From a virus: DNA of 64,000 nt. The first letter of the stretch is position 1. Each line of letters starts with the position of its first letter. The stretch covers positions 1 to 64,000 of the IMG/VR virus record IMGVR_UViG_3300042881_003464; one strand, 5' to 3'. A model generated the notes under the pieces. That model was given only the letters and a program-made list of their open reading frames with translations. It made no database searches and had not been told where the DNA came from. Positions 28,568 to 38,339 of this stretch are shown in pieces. The translations under genes were made by a program, and so were the position numbers.

Positions 28568-30829
28568 TTAGCCTTGATACTTTTTCCAAAGTTGTTGTTC
28601 CAACATACCCTGACGCTTGGGATCAACATTGATCACAGGCACAGTGGTTTGACCAGTGCTCTTGGGCTTGTTGAGTCCACCTGCCAATCCTTTTGTAATA
28701 ACTTCGGTGTCAGCAGTGACTTCATCAGGACTGTTGGCCAAATCTTCTTCCACATGATCACATGCACAGGGATTCTGTCCACAGTGTGGGCATGTTTCAC
28801 CGTGATCGCCTAGTCCTGCCATTTTCAAAAGCATCAACAGTTGTTCTGCATCTTGATCCGTGGCACTGATACTAAGTGTTTTGCTAGGTCCGCCCTGGCT
28901 GTCAGTATTCATGCTGGTGCTGATCTGCATGCTTTCTGCGATCATGCCCTCTAGTTCGCGATTGAAACTGTCATAAATTCCTTTGCCAAACTGCATACCA
29001 CCTGAACTCTTGGGTGTGCTGTCCTTCTTGGCTGGTGATTTGTTTTCTTCAGTGGCTTTTTCTCTGACGCCCATGGGTGCCATTACTGGTGCAACGCCGC
29101 CTGATGTGGTCATTTCATCAGTTTTCTTTTTCTTTTCAGGCAAGCCCTTGTGTTTGGTTTTAGCAAAGTCTTTTGTGTCACCTTTTTTCATTGTGCTAGC
29201 AACTTTTTTCAGTTCCTTGCTGGCGCCGGGAATCTTCTCGCCTTTTTGCATTGCATGAGCCATGCCCATGAAACGCTGTTGTGCTTTGCTTACTGCTTTT
29301 TCTCCAAGCTCTTCTTCGCCTACTTTCTTCTTGGTGTAAGCAGTGCGATCTGCTTTACGACTCTTGGCTGTCACACGTTCTTGACGTGGCTTGTCCGCGG
29401 TGTATTTCTTTGGACGTCCACGACCACGCTTTTCACCTGCGGCTGGTTGCGCACGTTTTTTCTTTTCGTTACCCCACTCATCGTAGTCGTCATCGTTGCC
29501 GCTGTCGTCACGATCACTGCGATGGCCATACTTCTTATGAATATTACGATCGCTTTCTGGATCACTGTGTTTCACAGTTTTAGCAGCGTCTTTTTGCGCG
29601 GCCTTGATCAAATTAAGATCAAGCTCATTGACTTTTTCCATGTCACCGTCGCCGTCTAGGTCAGCTTTCTTTAGACCAGCAGCACGAGCCTTGGCAAGAT
29701 TGCCAGTAAACAAATTACCTTCGTCTACGCCTAGTTCATCTTCCAGCTTGCTCATGATCCACTCATATGGATCACCTGTGCGTGCCTTGGCAATACCATA
29801 GGGCATTTCGTCACGATAGTGATCGTATAGTGCGCTGTACAGCTCATCAGTTAGTTCTCCGCTGCGCTTGAATTGTTCAATGTCACGACTCATGCTACGC
29901 ATGATATTATCAAGACCTTCGCTCATTTGTCCTAGACGTCGCTTGGCTTTTTCAAGTCCCGCACGTCCAGTAGGACTTCGGCTGGCTTCGTCATCAAGAT
30001 CTTTTGTGCTGACTTTCCAATCACCACCTTTGGCCTTGCGTTGAAACGCAGGTACTTTGCTCTTGGCAGGTGAATCCTTGTATTCGCCTTCCGCCATACC
30101 TTTATCTCTTTTAAGTGCTGCTGGTGTTGCACTAGTATCATAGTCCCAGCTTGACCGTTGTCCGGATTTATCAAGATCTCTGGCACCTTTGCTTACTGCT
30201 TGACTATACCCAGAGGCACGTTTATCTGCCAGACGCCCAAATTTTCCTTCAGGATCTGCTCTTCGATTTCCTTGAGCTGCTGCCATGGCTCTACCGCCAG
30301 CCCAATTGCGTTGCCCTTTAGCCTTGTCTGCATAACTTGTTAAGGTATCTGGACTTAGTTCGTTAACTTGTTCTTTTTTATGTTTTTTTGCGTCTTGTGC
30401 GGCTTTTTTCATTGACTCTTTTTTGTTGCCATCTTTGTCAAGATCAATGTAATCTGGCTTTGCGGCTTCCTTCATGTTCTTCTTGACGTCTTTGGCAGCT
30501 GACTTCATGGGCTCTTTCTTGTTGCCATCTTTGTCAAGGTCAAGGAAGTCAGGCTTGCTTTCATCCATCTTGTCATGCTTTGCACGAATCTGCGCCATCT
30601 TCTCTTTACTGGCACCTTCGCGGCCGGCTTTTTGTAATGCTGCCATGCCTTTTTCGCCATATTTCTTTTTACCAAGGTATGCTTGTAGACCACTTTCTTC
30701 TACGGCCTCATCAATGCGAGACTGGAGTCCGTTGAGTTTTTCAACTTGATCAGCTGCGGTCTGTGTCGCTTCACTGGACTCCAGTGCGCGGAATTTATTA
30801 AGGATGTCATAGATGTCGTGTTGGTTCAT
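28568..30829 (-). CDS. Large Lys/Glu-rich modular protein (putative head-internal/core protein) with DxDxDG repeats and an AT-hook
   Basis: DLDKDGN x2, DLDGDGD, KRGRGRPKK, AVSKAQQRFMGM, CPHC..C.C. Confidence 0.6.
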   Translation of the reverse strand: MNQHDIYDILNKFRALESSEATQTAADQVEKLNGLQSRIDEAVEESGLQAYLGKKKYGEKGMAALQKAGREGASKEKMAQIRAKHDKMDESKPDFLDLDKDGNKKEPMKSAAKDVKKNMKEAAKPDYIDLDKDGNKKESMKKAAQDAKKHKKEQVNELSPDTLTSYADKAKGQRNWAGGRAMAAAQGNRRADPEGKFGRLADKRASGYSQAVSKGARDLDKSGQRSSWDYDTSATPAALKRDKGMAEGEYKDSPAKSKVPAFQRKAKGGDWKVSTKDLDDEASRSPTGRAGLEKAKRRLGQMSEGLDNIMRSMSRDIEQFKRSGELTDELYSALYDHYRDEMPYGIAKARTGDPYEWIMSKLEDELGVDEGNLFTGNLAKARAAGLKKADLDGDGDMEKVNELDLNLIKAAQKDAAKTVKHSDPESDRNIHKKYGHRSDRDDSGNDDDYDEWGNEKKKRAQPAAGEKRGRGRPKKYTADKPRQERVTAKSRKADRTAYTKKKVGEEELGEKAVSKAQQRFMGMAHAMQKGEKIPGASKELKKVASTMKKGDTKDFAKTKHKGLPEKKKKTDEMTTSGGVAPVMAPMGVREKATEENKSPAKKDSTPKSSGGMQFGKGIYDSFNRELEGMIAESMQISTSMNTDSQGGPSKTLSISATDQDAEQLLMLLKMAGLGDHGETCPHCGQNPCACDHVEEDLANSPDEVTADTEVITKGLAGGLNKPKSTGQTTVPVINVDPKRQGMLEQQLWKKYQG

Positions 30830-30832
30830 GTG

Positions 30833-31429
30833 TTATCTCGCATTAGATTTTACTGATGGTAACTTGTTGGTGCCAGTAATAGCACTTTTGTTGCCCATGG
30901 GCAGATCATTGGTTGTTTCAGCAGGAGGTGTTTTACCACCGGCCACTGAAAACTTGCTCCGGTATGAGTTTTTTAGCACCTCATGATCGTGTGGGTCAGC
31001 TGCATAGTCCTTGCTGAGAGCCTTTTGTTCACGACTGGGTGCTGGGTAATCGGTATTGGTCAATAGACCATCGTTGTTGTCAATTGCTTCGTATTCTTGA
31101 CCCATGCTTTGAGTGTAATCTTCGGTATGCATCACTATACGATTGGGATCAAGGCCTGTGAGTTGTGCCAATTGTTTGATCTGTGGCTCAATGGCAGGAT
31201 AGCGAAACTCCACATCCACAAAACTCACTCGCTCATTTTTGAATTCAGGAAAATCAGTGGGCAGCGGTAGCACTGGTGTGCTCTTAGCGTCGCTCATTTT
31301 CACAACTTCAAACTGCGAGAGTTTGTTTTTTAGATCTTGAAAAAAACCAGGGGGTGTTTCACCGCACACTTTGATGCGGTAGTTGTAGGTTTTTTCGCTT
31401 TCTATTAGATATTCTTTGAAATGTCTCAT
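30833..31429 (-). CDS. Hypothetical late protein
   Basis: MRHFKEYLIE N-terminus (capsid-targeting-like); late promoter and AGGA SD upstream. Confidence 0.65.
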   Translation of the reverse strand: MRHFKEYLIESEKTYNYRIKVCGETPPGFFQDLKNKLSQFEVVKMSDAKSTPVLPLPTDFPEFKNERVSFVDVEFRYPAIEPQIKQLAQLTGLDPNRIVMHTEDYTQSMGQEYEAIDNNDGLLTNTDYPAPSREQKALSKDYAADPHDHEVLKNSYRSKFSVAGGKTPPAETTNDLPMGNKSAITGTNKLPSVKSNAR

Positions 31430-31447
31430 GTCATGATCCTATAACAG

Positions 31448-31453
31448 TATTTA
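31448..31453 (-). promoter_or_regulatory. Late promoter core TAAATA
   Basis: Its TAA is the upstream stop codon; followed by an SD. Confidence 0.65.
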
Positions 31454-31924
31454 TTCTTTTTGCTGGTTTTGGTTATTGGCCAATATTTGTCTCAGCAATT
31501 CATTACGATCGATCAACTCGCCTTGGGCAGTGGGTACCTCTGCTGTTCCACTGTCGCGATCCATTTTCAACTTTTTGAGTTGTAAATCAATCATTTTGAG
31601 CTTTTTGTTCATCTTGGCAGTTTTGGCAGTGATAGCATGTCCCAGCATGTTGCTGGCAACACCAAAAATTTCACTGGCAAATCTGGCTTCAACGCTCATG
31701 CCAAGATCCATAAGGTTGTTGTAGCTCTCCATGGCGGATTTGGCTAGCTCGTCCATTTCACCATCACTGGCTTCTAGGCCTCGTACTGCTGGCAGAGCAG
31801 CTTCAATTTTGTCTATAGTGGCCAAGGTATCAGTGGTAACAGGCAGGGACTCAGCGGTGTCAGTGGGCACATCTGAGTCAGGTTCGCTGGGCAAATCAAA
31901 CAAAGATTCAAGTTTGCGTGTCAT
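31451..31924 (-). CDS. Possible terminase small subunit (gp16-like)
   Basis: Helical 157-aa protein with a central helix pair and IDLQLKK coiled coil, late expression; resemblance only. Confidence 0.4.
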   Translation of the reverse strand: MTRKLESLFDLPSEPDSDVPTDTAESLPVTTDTLATIDKIEAALPAVRGLEASDGEMDELAKSAMESYNNLMDLGMSVEARFASEIFGVASNMLGHAITAKTAKMNKKLKMIDLQLKKLKMDRDSGTAEVPTAQGELIDRNELLRQILANNQNQQKE

Positions 31925-31941
31925 GCCATATTTACCGGCAT
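31923..31941 (-). promoter_or_regulatory. Late promoter TAAATA (31929-31934) inside a hairpin that covers the start codon
   Basis: ATGCC-GGTAAATAT-GGCAT(G). Confidence 0.6.
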
Positions 31942-31956
31942 AGATTTAGGCAGGTC

Positions 31957-32388
31957 CTATTTGGACCCGTTGTGAAACATGTCGTCTTCTGTGATAACTC
32001 TAAAAGTAAGACCCTGCCTACGACACCATTTGGTAGCTGCATCCCATTTGGCATAATTCACAGCCACAGCAGCGCGATCTCGGGCGCTTTGTTTGCTTTC
32101 AATTACGCTTTGTTTTTTGGGTTTGATTTCTATTACTTCGGCTCGGACTTGGTTGTCCTTGGTTCTATAAGTGATAAAAAAGTCTGGAACATAGATGGTC
32201 TGTTTGCCACTGAGTGGATTGAGATAAGGAATGCTTATGCTTTCACTGGCCCACTGAAGTATGTTGTCGTTGTTATCACAAAATGCCATAAAAGCAAACT
32301 CCCATCCTGATCGGTATCTTGGTTTGCTTTTGCCCACGTACTTGGTGGGATTTTTTACTTCATAAACACCTTGTGCCCAACGTTTCAT
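31957..32388 (-). CDS. gp4: Head completion nuclease (T4 gp4-like, TnsA-type PD-(D/E)XK)
   Basis: NP.KY.G, YRSGWE, WASE, IPY, YVPDF, IEIKP, N.AKW.AA..WC, F.VITE. Confidence 0.9.
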   Translation of the reverse strand: MKRWAQGVYEVKNPTKYVGKSKPRYRSGWEFAFMAFCDNNDNILQWASESISIPYLNPLSGKQTIYVPDFFITYRTKDNQVRAEVIEIKPKKQSVIESKQSARDRAAVAVNYAKWDAATKWCRRQGLTFRVITEDDMFHNGSK

Positions 32389-32744
32389 GGTATAACATTT
32401 CTAGCCACATATTTGTTAGGCAACACACGTGCCTGAACACCCAGCAGCGTAGCTGAACTTTGAAGTCCATTTAGATAGTAAGCCAACACCGAAGTTAGTT
32501 CAGGTTGTCCATACCGTTGAAGTTCCTGCAATAGGTCCATGACATTGATGCCTGACTCTCCGCTGACTCTAAACAGTGTGGTAGTAAAGTTCGCAGCAGC
32601 TTGGTCAGTATTAAACACAGATCTCATGTAGGAAAACACAGCGTCGTACTGTGCAACTGGAATGCTGGAATCAAAGCCATAGAATTCATCAAACACTCTC
32701 ACAGTTTGATCAATTTTTAAATTTGGTTCGTTGACTGATGCCAT
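32385..32744 (-). CDS. Hypothetical protein
   Basis: 119-aa ORF in the tail operon. Confidence 0.65.
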   Translation of the reverse strand: MASVNEPNLKIDQTVRVFDEFYGFDSSIPVAQYDAVFSYMRSVFNTDQAAANFTTTLFRVSGESGINVMDLLQELQRYGQPELTSVLAYYLNGLQSSATLLGVQARVLPNKYVARNVIP

Positions 32745-32754
32745 GGTTTAATGT

Positions 32755-33927
32755 TTATCGCTTGGGTGGAGTTGGGAAGAATACACTGTCACTCTTGTTG
32801 ATAATGGCTCTTGTGGCGCCTGGTGCACCTGCACGAATAATATCCTTGGCTGAACCAGTGGCTTCTTCTCTGATAATGCCGCCAATGTCTGCGCCTTTGA
32901 AAGTACCGTAGGCAGTGCCAGCTTTTTGAACCGCACCAAGAATGCCGGCTGTGCCACCACGTTGCAGATCGCTGATGATACCAAGACCTGTGTCCAACAA
33001 ACCACCTTGACCCAATACACTGGCTGTGCTGCCAGGGCGTGCCAAAGGACTGCGTTGAGTATCATATCTTGATGGGTCAGCAAAACCTTTGACGTTGACA
33101 TCGCTGTCTGTGGGTTGATCCGATCCTGCTGGCGATCTAGATCCTATAGCACCACTGTAATACTTCACTGTTTCGTACTGAATGGTCATTTGATGCTGCA
33201 TTGGACCTGAATCACTGTAATCAAAGGTATCATGATTCCAGGCTGTGATCACAGGATTGATAAGCACATAACTCACAAACTTGTGTTGATTTAGACCATA
33301 GATTCTAATGTCTCTGAAAAACGGCGGTTTACCGCTGGTGTCAGTGCCATTGCTAAACGCCGCAGGATTTTGATAGCTTTCACCAATAAAGCCCCAATCA
33401 TTACCGTTGCGAGTGTTTTGATAGATATCTCTACCATTGTAATCAAATCCACTGCTGACATTTTCCGCAAGTCCATTGGTTCCTGCTGTACCTGCTCCAC
33501 CATTGTAGGCTTGACTAGGATCTTTGTAGTAGTAACTGAAATAGTTGTACCACATGTTTCTCACAAGATCACTACCGTCATCATGAAATGTAACAGTCAC
33601 AGGTTGATAGTTGATCTTGGTTTGCACCAGTCGTTTACGGTTGTATTGATTTAGAGTGTTTACTGCTAGTTCGTACTGCGGAAGTTGAATGTTTTTAACT
33701 GTTAAGCCAAGATTAGAAACGTCGGTGTTACTAAAAGCACCAGTGGGACCAAACATTTGTGGTATGTTGGCCGCATTGATTGTGAAGCTTACATGATAAA
33801 GAAACTTAAAACGAGGAGCCAGCTCGTATCCGTTTGTACGGAATACTTTGCTGGCATGTTTGTAGTCTCTAAAGGAATCAACACCAACGAATCCTTTAAG
33901 GAAGTCTTGACCCCAAGAAGCTGCCAT
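32755..33927 (-). CDS. Tail-tube-like / baseplate-tube initiator protein
   Basis: LP...NQYNRKR..QTKINY.PV..TFHDD, tube-fold pattern ending IQYE; next to gp19. Confidence 0.65.
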   Translation of the reverse strand: MAASWGQDFLKGFVGVDSFRDYKHASKVFRTNGYELAPRFKFLYHVSFTINAANIPQMFGPTGAFSNTDVSNLGLTVKNIQLPQYELAVNTLNQYNRKRLVQTKINYQPVTVTFHDDGSDLVRNMWYNYFSYYYKDPSQAYNGGAGTAGTNGLAENVSSGFDYNGRDIYQNTRNGNDWGFIGESYQNPAAFSNGTDTSGKPPFFRDIRIYGLNQHKFVSYVLINPVITAWNHDTFDYSDSGPMQHQMTIQYETVKYYSGAIGSRSPAGSDQPTDSDVNVKGFADPSRYDTQRSPLARPGSTASVLGQGGLLDTGLGIISDLQRGGTAGILGAVQKAGTAYGTFKGADIGGIIREEATGSAKDIIRAGAPGATRAIINKSDSVFFPTPPKR

Positions 33928-33934
33928 CTATGGT

Positions 33935-34576
33935 TTACGCTGCTGGAGCGCCCGTTAGTGATCCAGTGATTACATCGCCAACTGTTCGTCCAATGGTTGC
34001 GCCAACGCCAGAACCAATTGGTGTCTGCAGAGCATTGTCAAATGCCATGGTCATAGTAATTGTTACAGCTTCGCTTGATCCATAGTTTAGATCATTGTAG
34101 TTGACGCCTTTTAGGTAGCAACCGTAAATTTCCCAGGTTTCAAGAACCACTGGAGCACTGGTACCATTGCCGCCGTCTAGGATCTCGCAACGTGTGGTAA
34201 ATTTATAATCAATACCAGATGCAGCTGATGCCTGTTCCATGAAATCTAGTTGTTTCTGTAGTTGCTCACCAACACGTTTTTGAACATTACCACCTGCATC
34301 GTCACGTAGGTTAACTGTGACGTCACTCCAGCTGTGCTTGCCAGCTAGTTTCAAAGTGCTGTTATAGATTGGCACCAAGATTTCCTCAAAGGTAACCTCG
34401 GGGCGGGTAAAATCAATAACCTGCTTGGTAAGTTCAGTACGCGGTGTGCTCACACCCAAACCTTCAAATATCACTCTAAAGCGATACTTTAGTTTGGGCA
34501 TTAACAGGCCCTGGGTCGATGAACTTTGATCGCTGGCCAGTGGCACTGTCATTCTTGTTAGCGATGATACGGCCAT
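33935..34576 (-). CDS. gp19: Tail tube protein
   Basis: PKLKYRFRV, AGKHSW, LRDD, ETW..YGC, L.Y; directly downstream of the sheath gene. Confidence 0.85.
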   Translation of the reverse strand: MAVSSLTRMTVPLASDQSSSTQGLLMPKLKYRFRVIFEGLGVSTPRTELTKQVIDFTRPEVTFEEILVPIYNSTLKLAGKHSWSDVTVNLRDDAGGNVQKRVGEQLQKQLDFMEQASAASGIDYKFTTRCEILDGGNGTSAPVVLETWEIYGCYLKGVNYNDLNYGSSEAVTITMTMAFDNALQTPIGSGVGATIGRTVGDVITGSLTGAPAA

Positions 34577-34595
34577 GTTTATCTCCTATATACAG

Positions 34596-34601
34596 TATTT
34601 A
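34596..34601 (-). promoter_or_regulatory. Late promoter core TAAATA
   Basis: Upstream of the AGGAG SD of the tail tube gene. Confidence 0.7.
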
Positions 34602-34638
34602 TGGCACAACAATCCTGGAAAATCATGTCCATATTCTA

Positions 34639-37600
34639 TTAGATAGCCTGTGCTGATGCTGTTTGTCCAGCACTGATTTCACCAGTGTTCTTGATTCGCA
34701 GCGGAATGTAGATAAATTCAACTGCTTTAACAGGTTCAATAGCAATATCTACATAGAGCTCGTTACGATCAATTGTGGCTGGTGTGTTGTTGCTGAGATC
34801 GCATACCACAAGATAATCATATACACCACGCTTGGCCACAAGGTCAATCATGAGACTTTCACAGCTATTCTTGATTTCGTCTCGTGTGATTTGATCATTT
34901 GGTTCAAACAAGAACTGTTTACCAATTTGCTCTAGTCTGCCACGGATAAATGCAACCAAACGGGCTACATTGATACGATTTAGAGCAGAGCTAATGCTGG
35001 TAGCTGTCTTATTACCAAAGTTAGTGATGCCCACACCTGGAATAAAGGTAATTGGGTTGATAGCGTTTTCATACAACACATCTCTCAGGCCTTGACGCAC
35101 ACCAAGTTGTACAAACTCACCAGTTTGAGCATTGATATAACCAATGCGATCTGCATTGTCTACTAGACCACGACGTGTACCAGCAGGTGCCATCCAGGGG
35201 AAAGCCACTTCGTCGTTACGAATAAATGTACGCAGCATCATGTGAGTAGCTGGCTGCACAATTGGGTTGCCGCTGAGATCAGTAGTCTGACAGCTGGGAT
35301 AGAACGTTGCCATGTATTGATTAGCAGTGTTCAATCCATCACCAGTAGGCAAGCCTTCACCGTTGTTGTCAGTTACCCAATCAGTGATACCAGTGCCTTC
35401 TGGACTTAGACGCAGAGGTGTGTCAACCAACACAAAACCAGTGTTGTTACGCTCGTTGTTTAAGGCCACCATGTTCACAGCAAGTTCTGGATACTGTGGA
35501 GTAGCAATCAGCTGATATACCAACTGTTCTTCACGAAGTTGTGTGTTTGAATCAATGCCTGCTTTCAATGCCTGTACGACCAAGGCACGCTGTGCTTGAC
35601 GTCCCATGTATGGGCTACCGTCGTTCTTAAGTCCGCTGGCACTAACCCATGCATTTCTTTCAGCTGGCAGAGTTACATCTGGATAGTCAGTTGGGTTGAA
35701 GTAATTGACTGCAAATCTCTTGACATTGAATCCCGAACGACGTGTGTTAAACAACAGCATGCCTGTGGGATATAGATCAGGATCAGGTGCATCAAGATCC
35801 AGATAATCCGAAGTCAACAGACTCACAATACTTGGAATAGCATCAGTGATTGGATTCACTGATCCATTTGTGCCCCAACGTGCATCTGCAAATAGAATAC
35901 CATTTTCTGTGGTTTGATCAGCGTTGCTGATCTTGACCCATTGATCTTCACCATCAACATTTTCCCAGCGGTAGAGCTGTGGATAGTTTTCTAGGTCGCT
36001 GGTATCAATCCAAAGATCACCATACACCAGTGGACTCTGAGCCACATCATTTTGTGTGGTTGGAGCTGTGGTGCTGAACTGTGGACCAGTTGCATTGGTC
36101 AAGCTTAGGTTAAAGCCTCGCACATCATTGGTGACGTTTTGATAACCTTGCCATCCGTTGTCACCATTGATCATGATATCTGCTTGATCAACAGCGGAAT
36201 AGTACCATAGACGTCCATTGGCTGGATCTTGATCAGGTGCGTTGTCGCTGGCTGTGTAGTCAAACTCAACCCAGTTGCTCAAAGTATATGAACCATCTGG
36301 GTTGGCTCTAGCATTGATTGACTGGTCAAAACCAGCAGTCAGTAGAGGTGTACCGCTGACATCTTCAACCACTATCACACCGCCTAGTGCATGTGTAAGA
36401 ACCATTTGACCATTGGCGTTTACCGAAGCCGACACCTTGGGCACGTTGGCTGCACTCACAGCAGTCACAAAAGCTGCTGGGGTAGATCCATTAATAACCA
36501 CTGTCACAGGGTTTGTTAATGTATCGCTGTTGGCAGTGCTGGCTTGAATTGTAAATGATGTGCCATTGATAAACACTGGATCAATTTCGCTACCTGTGGC
36601 ATTGGTTGGTCCTGTGGCCAGGCGTTTTAGAATTTCTAGTGTAAATGTTTCGTCTTGTTCAACATTGGTAACTGCATAGGTTGAGTTAGCAGGAATATTT
36701 TGTCCACCGCCTGCAGGATCAAGTGCTTTGTTAGCAGCTTGGTCGCTGGAATAGATTGGACAGCCTTGCTGAACAAATGCGCCCAACACGCTGTCATAGC
36801 GTTTGATCACAAGATTAGCACCAAGATTGCTTGCAGTTGTTTTGTTCCATACACTGCCAGTGGCCTTGGGCTCAGCATCAGTTTCACGCCAGCGAGGTAC
36901 CTGGAAGTTAGGACTCTGTTGTAGTGCAGGAGCATAATATGATCTTGGAGTAATTCCAAGTTCGCCCAGCGGATTGCCTGTTACATTGTACAATGTAACA
37001 ATACCACCATTGGCTGTTGAACCATCACTTGTGGCCTGACTATCTGCATAGATTGTCAAGCGTCCGTCAACTTCTGCGGCTGTAACACCAGTGATGCTAG
37101 CAGCATTGATAGCAGTTACCACGTCAGTGATTGTGTTGTTTGGTGCCACTGAAATATTGATTGGCACATCGTTTACTGTGAAAACGGTGTTTGGAGTCAG
37201 TGATACTGGAGCCAGGTTACCCTGTACAGTTGGCCAGCTCAGTTTCCATGGATCACTACCAACCAATACCCAGTCATTCACTGAGTTCTTGTAGTAAACA
37301 GGATTGTTCGCATTCAAGGCATTGATAGCATAGCTACCAATTGTGCCAATTGATTGAAGTGGCAGTGTGCTAGGTGCTGGCTCAAGCTGATCAGTGCTTG
37401 TGATCACAATCGGAGTGATTTCACTAAAGGTGCCTGTGGCCAGGTTCCATTGGAAGATGCCCCAGCGAGTGGTTGCTGTGTCAAACCAGAAAGTGCCATT
37501 GTCAGGATCGCCAGTGGGGCGTACCAGTGTAGCAGTGAGTTCTGCTAGGTCAACGTCAGCACGCTGAACATAAGCACGGTTACTGATACCCAGGCATGAA

Positions 37601-37893
37601 TATGCAGCCATTAGGCCATATTCATTGAGTTCGTATCCATTGATTGGTGTTCCAGCTGATGTTTGATAGAAGAATGGTACACCAAAAGTAGCGGCTAAGT
37701 CACGCTGACTTGTGATAGTGTACACACGGTTAGCGTTTGCCGCTAGTGTTCCAGGTGCTACGCCGACGCCAGTGCCAGAAATTTTGTTCTGGGCAGTGGC
37801 TATCATGATAAACGGTACGGTATTGGTGGCTGCAGGGATGTAGTTACTTTCGTCAATAACGGTAACTTCTACGCCAGGTGATGTAAGTGCCAT
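34639..37893 (-). CDS. gp18: Tail sheath protein (enlarged, 1084 aa)
   Basis: L.SPGVEV..IDES N-terminus; PWMAPAG.RRG, LY...INPI, RINVARL, FEPND..TR, IDRNEL..DIAIEP.K..EFI. Confidence 0.93.
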   Translation of the reverse strand: MALTSPGVEVTVIDESNYIPAATNTVPFIMIATAQNKISGTGVGVAPGTLAANANRVYTITSQRDLAATFGVPFFYQTSAGTPINGYELNEYGLMAAYSCLGISNRAYVQRADVDLAELTATLVRPTGDPDNGTFWFDTATTRWGIFQWNLATGTFSEITPIVITSTDQLEPAPSTLPLQSIGTIGSYAINALNANNPVYYKNSVNDWVLVGSDPWKLSWPTVQGNLAPVSLTPNTVFTVNDVPINISVAPNNTITDVVTAINAASITGVTAAEVDGRLTIYADSQATSDGSTANGGIVTLYNVTGNPLGELGITPRSYYAPALQQSPNFQVPRWRETDAEPKATGSVWNKTTASNLGANLVIKRYDSVLGAFVQQGCPIYSSDQAANKALDPAGGGQNIPANSTYAVTNVEQDETFTLEILKRLATGPTNATGSEIDPVFINGTSFTIQASTANSDTLTNPVTVVINGSTPAAFVTAVSAANVPKVSASVNANGQMVLTHALGGVIVVEDVSGTPLLTAGFDQSINARANPDGSYTLSNWVEFDYTASDNAPDQDPANGRLWYYSAVDQADIMINGDNGWQGYQNVTNDVRGFNLSLTNATGPQFSTTAPTTQNDVAQSPLVYGDLWIDTSDLENYPQLYRWENVDGEDQWVKISNADQTTENGILFADARWGTNGSVNPITDAIPSIVSLLTSDYLDLDAPDPDLYPTGMLLFNTRRSGFNVKRFAVNYFNPTDYPDVTLPAERNAWVSASGLKNDGSPYMGRQAQRALVVQALKAGIDSNTQLREEQLVYQLIATPQYPELAVNMVALNNERNNTGFVLVDTPLRLSPEGTGITDWVTDNNGEGLPTGDGLNTANQYMATFYPSCQTTDLSGNPIVQPATHMMLRTFIRNDEVAFPWMAPAGTRRGLVDNADRIGYINAQTGEFVQLGVRQGLRDVLYENAINPITFIPGVGITNFGNKTATSISSALNRINVARLVAFIRGRLEQIGKQFLFEPNDQITRDEIKNSCESLMIDLVAKRGVYDYLVVCDLSNNTPATIDRNELYVDIAIEPVKAVEFIYIPLRIKNTGEISAGQTASAQAI

Positions 37894-37921
37894 GTTGATG
37901 GTTCCTTTTACAAGTTATTGA

Positions 37922-37927
37922 TATTTA
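37922..37927 (-). promoter_or_regulatory. Late promoter core TAAATA for the sheath gene
   Basis: Upstream of an AAAGGA SD. Confidence 0.7.
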
Positions 37928-37980
37928 TCGGAAACACCAAAAACTGCTGAGATACGTTGCCCTTTGCAAAGGTCCGCTAG

Positions 37981-37986
37981 TAAATA
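37981..37986 (+). promoter_or_regulatory. Late promoter core TAAATA, 5 nt before ATG (divergent)
   Basis: TAAATActcacATG. Confidence 0.6.
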
Positions 37987-37991
37987 CTCAC

Positions 37992-38339
37992 ATGAAACGT
38001 CCTATATGCACTGTGTGCCAACAAAGACCTTGTGCCGTGAATTATCATAGTCAAGACACAGTACACTATCGTAGCAAGTGTGATACTTGTTCGAGAAAAC
38101 ACAAGAAACTCAAGCCAAGAGAGCCCAAGTGGAAAAAGCAGGGATACAAAAAGAAATCAATCTGCGACTTGTGCGGATTCAAAGCCCGCATAGCCAGCCA
38201 GATCCTAGTGTATCACATAGACGGGGATCTAAACAACGTAGAACACCGCAACCTTCGCAGTGTGTGTAGAAACTGTGTAGAGGATATCAAACGGCAAGAC
38301 CGTCCTTGGCGGCGTGGTGATCTTGAACCAGACTTTTAA
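37992..38339 (+). CDS. Zinc-finger / HNH-like protein
   Basis: Four CxxC pairs; YHIDGDLNN..RNL..VCRNC. Confidence 0.7.
   Translation: MKRPICTVCQQRPCAVNYHSQDTVHYRSKCDTCSRKHKKLKPREPKWKKQGYKKKSICDLCGFKARIASQILVYHIDGDLNNVEHRNLRSVCRNCVEDIKRQDRPWRRGDLEPDF

Noticed and set aside
32748-33101. Alternative-frame 117-aa ORF overlapping the tube-like gene (possible frameshift product)
   Set aside because: No slippery site or SD identified and the sequence lacks protein-like features
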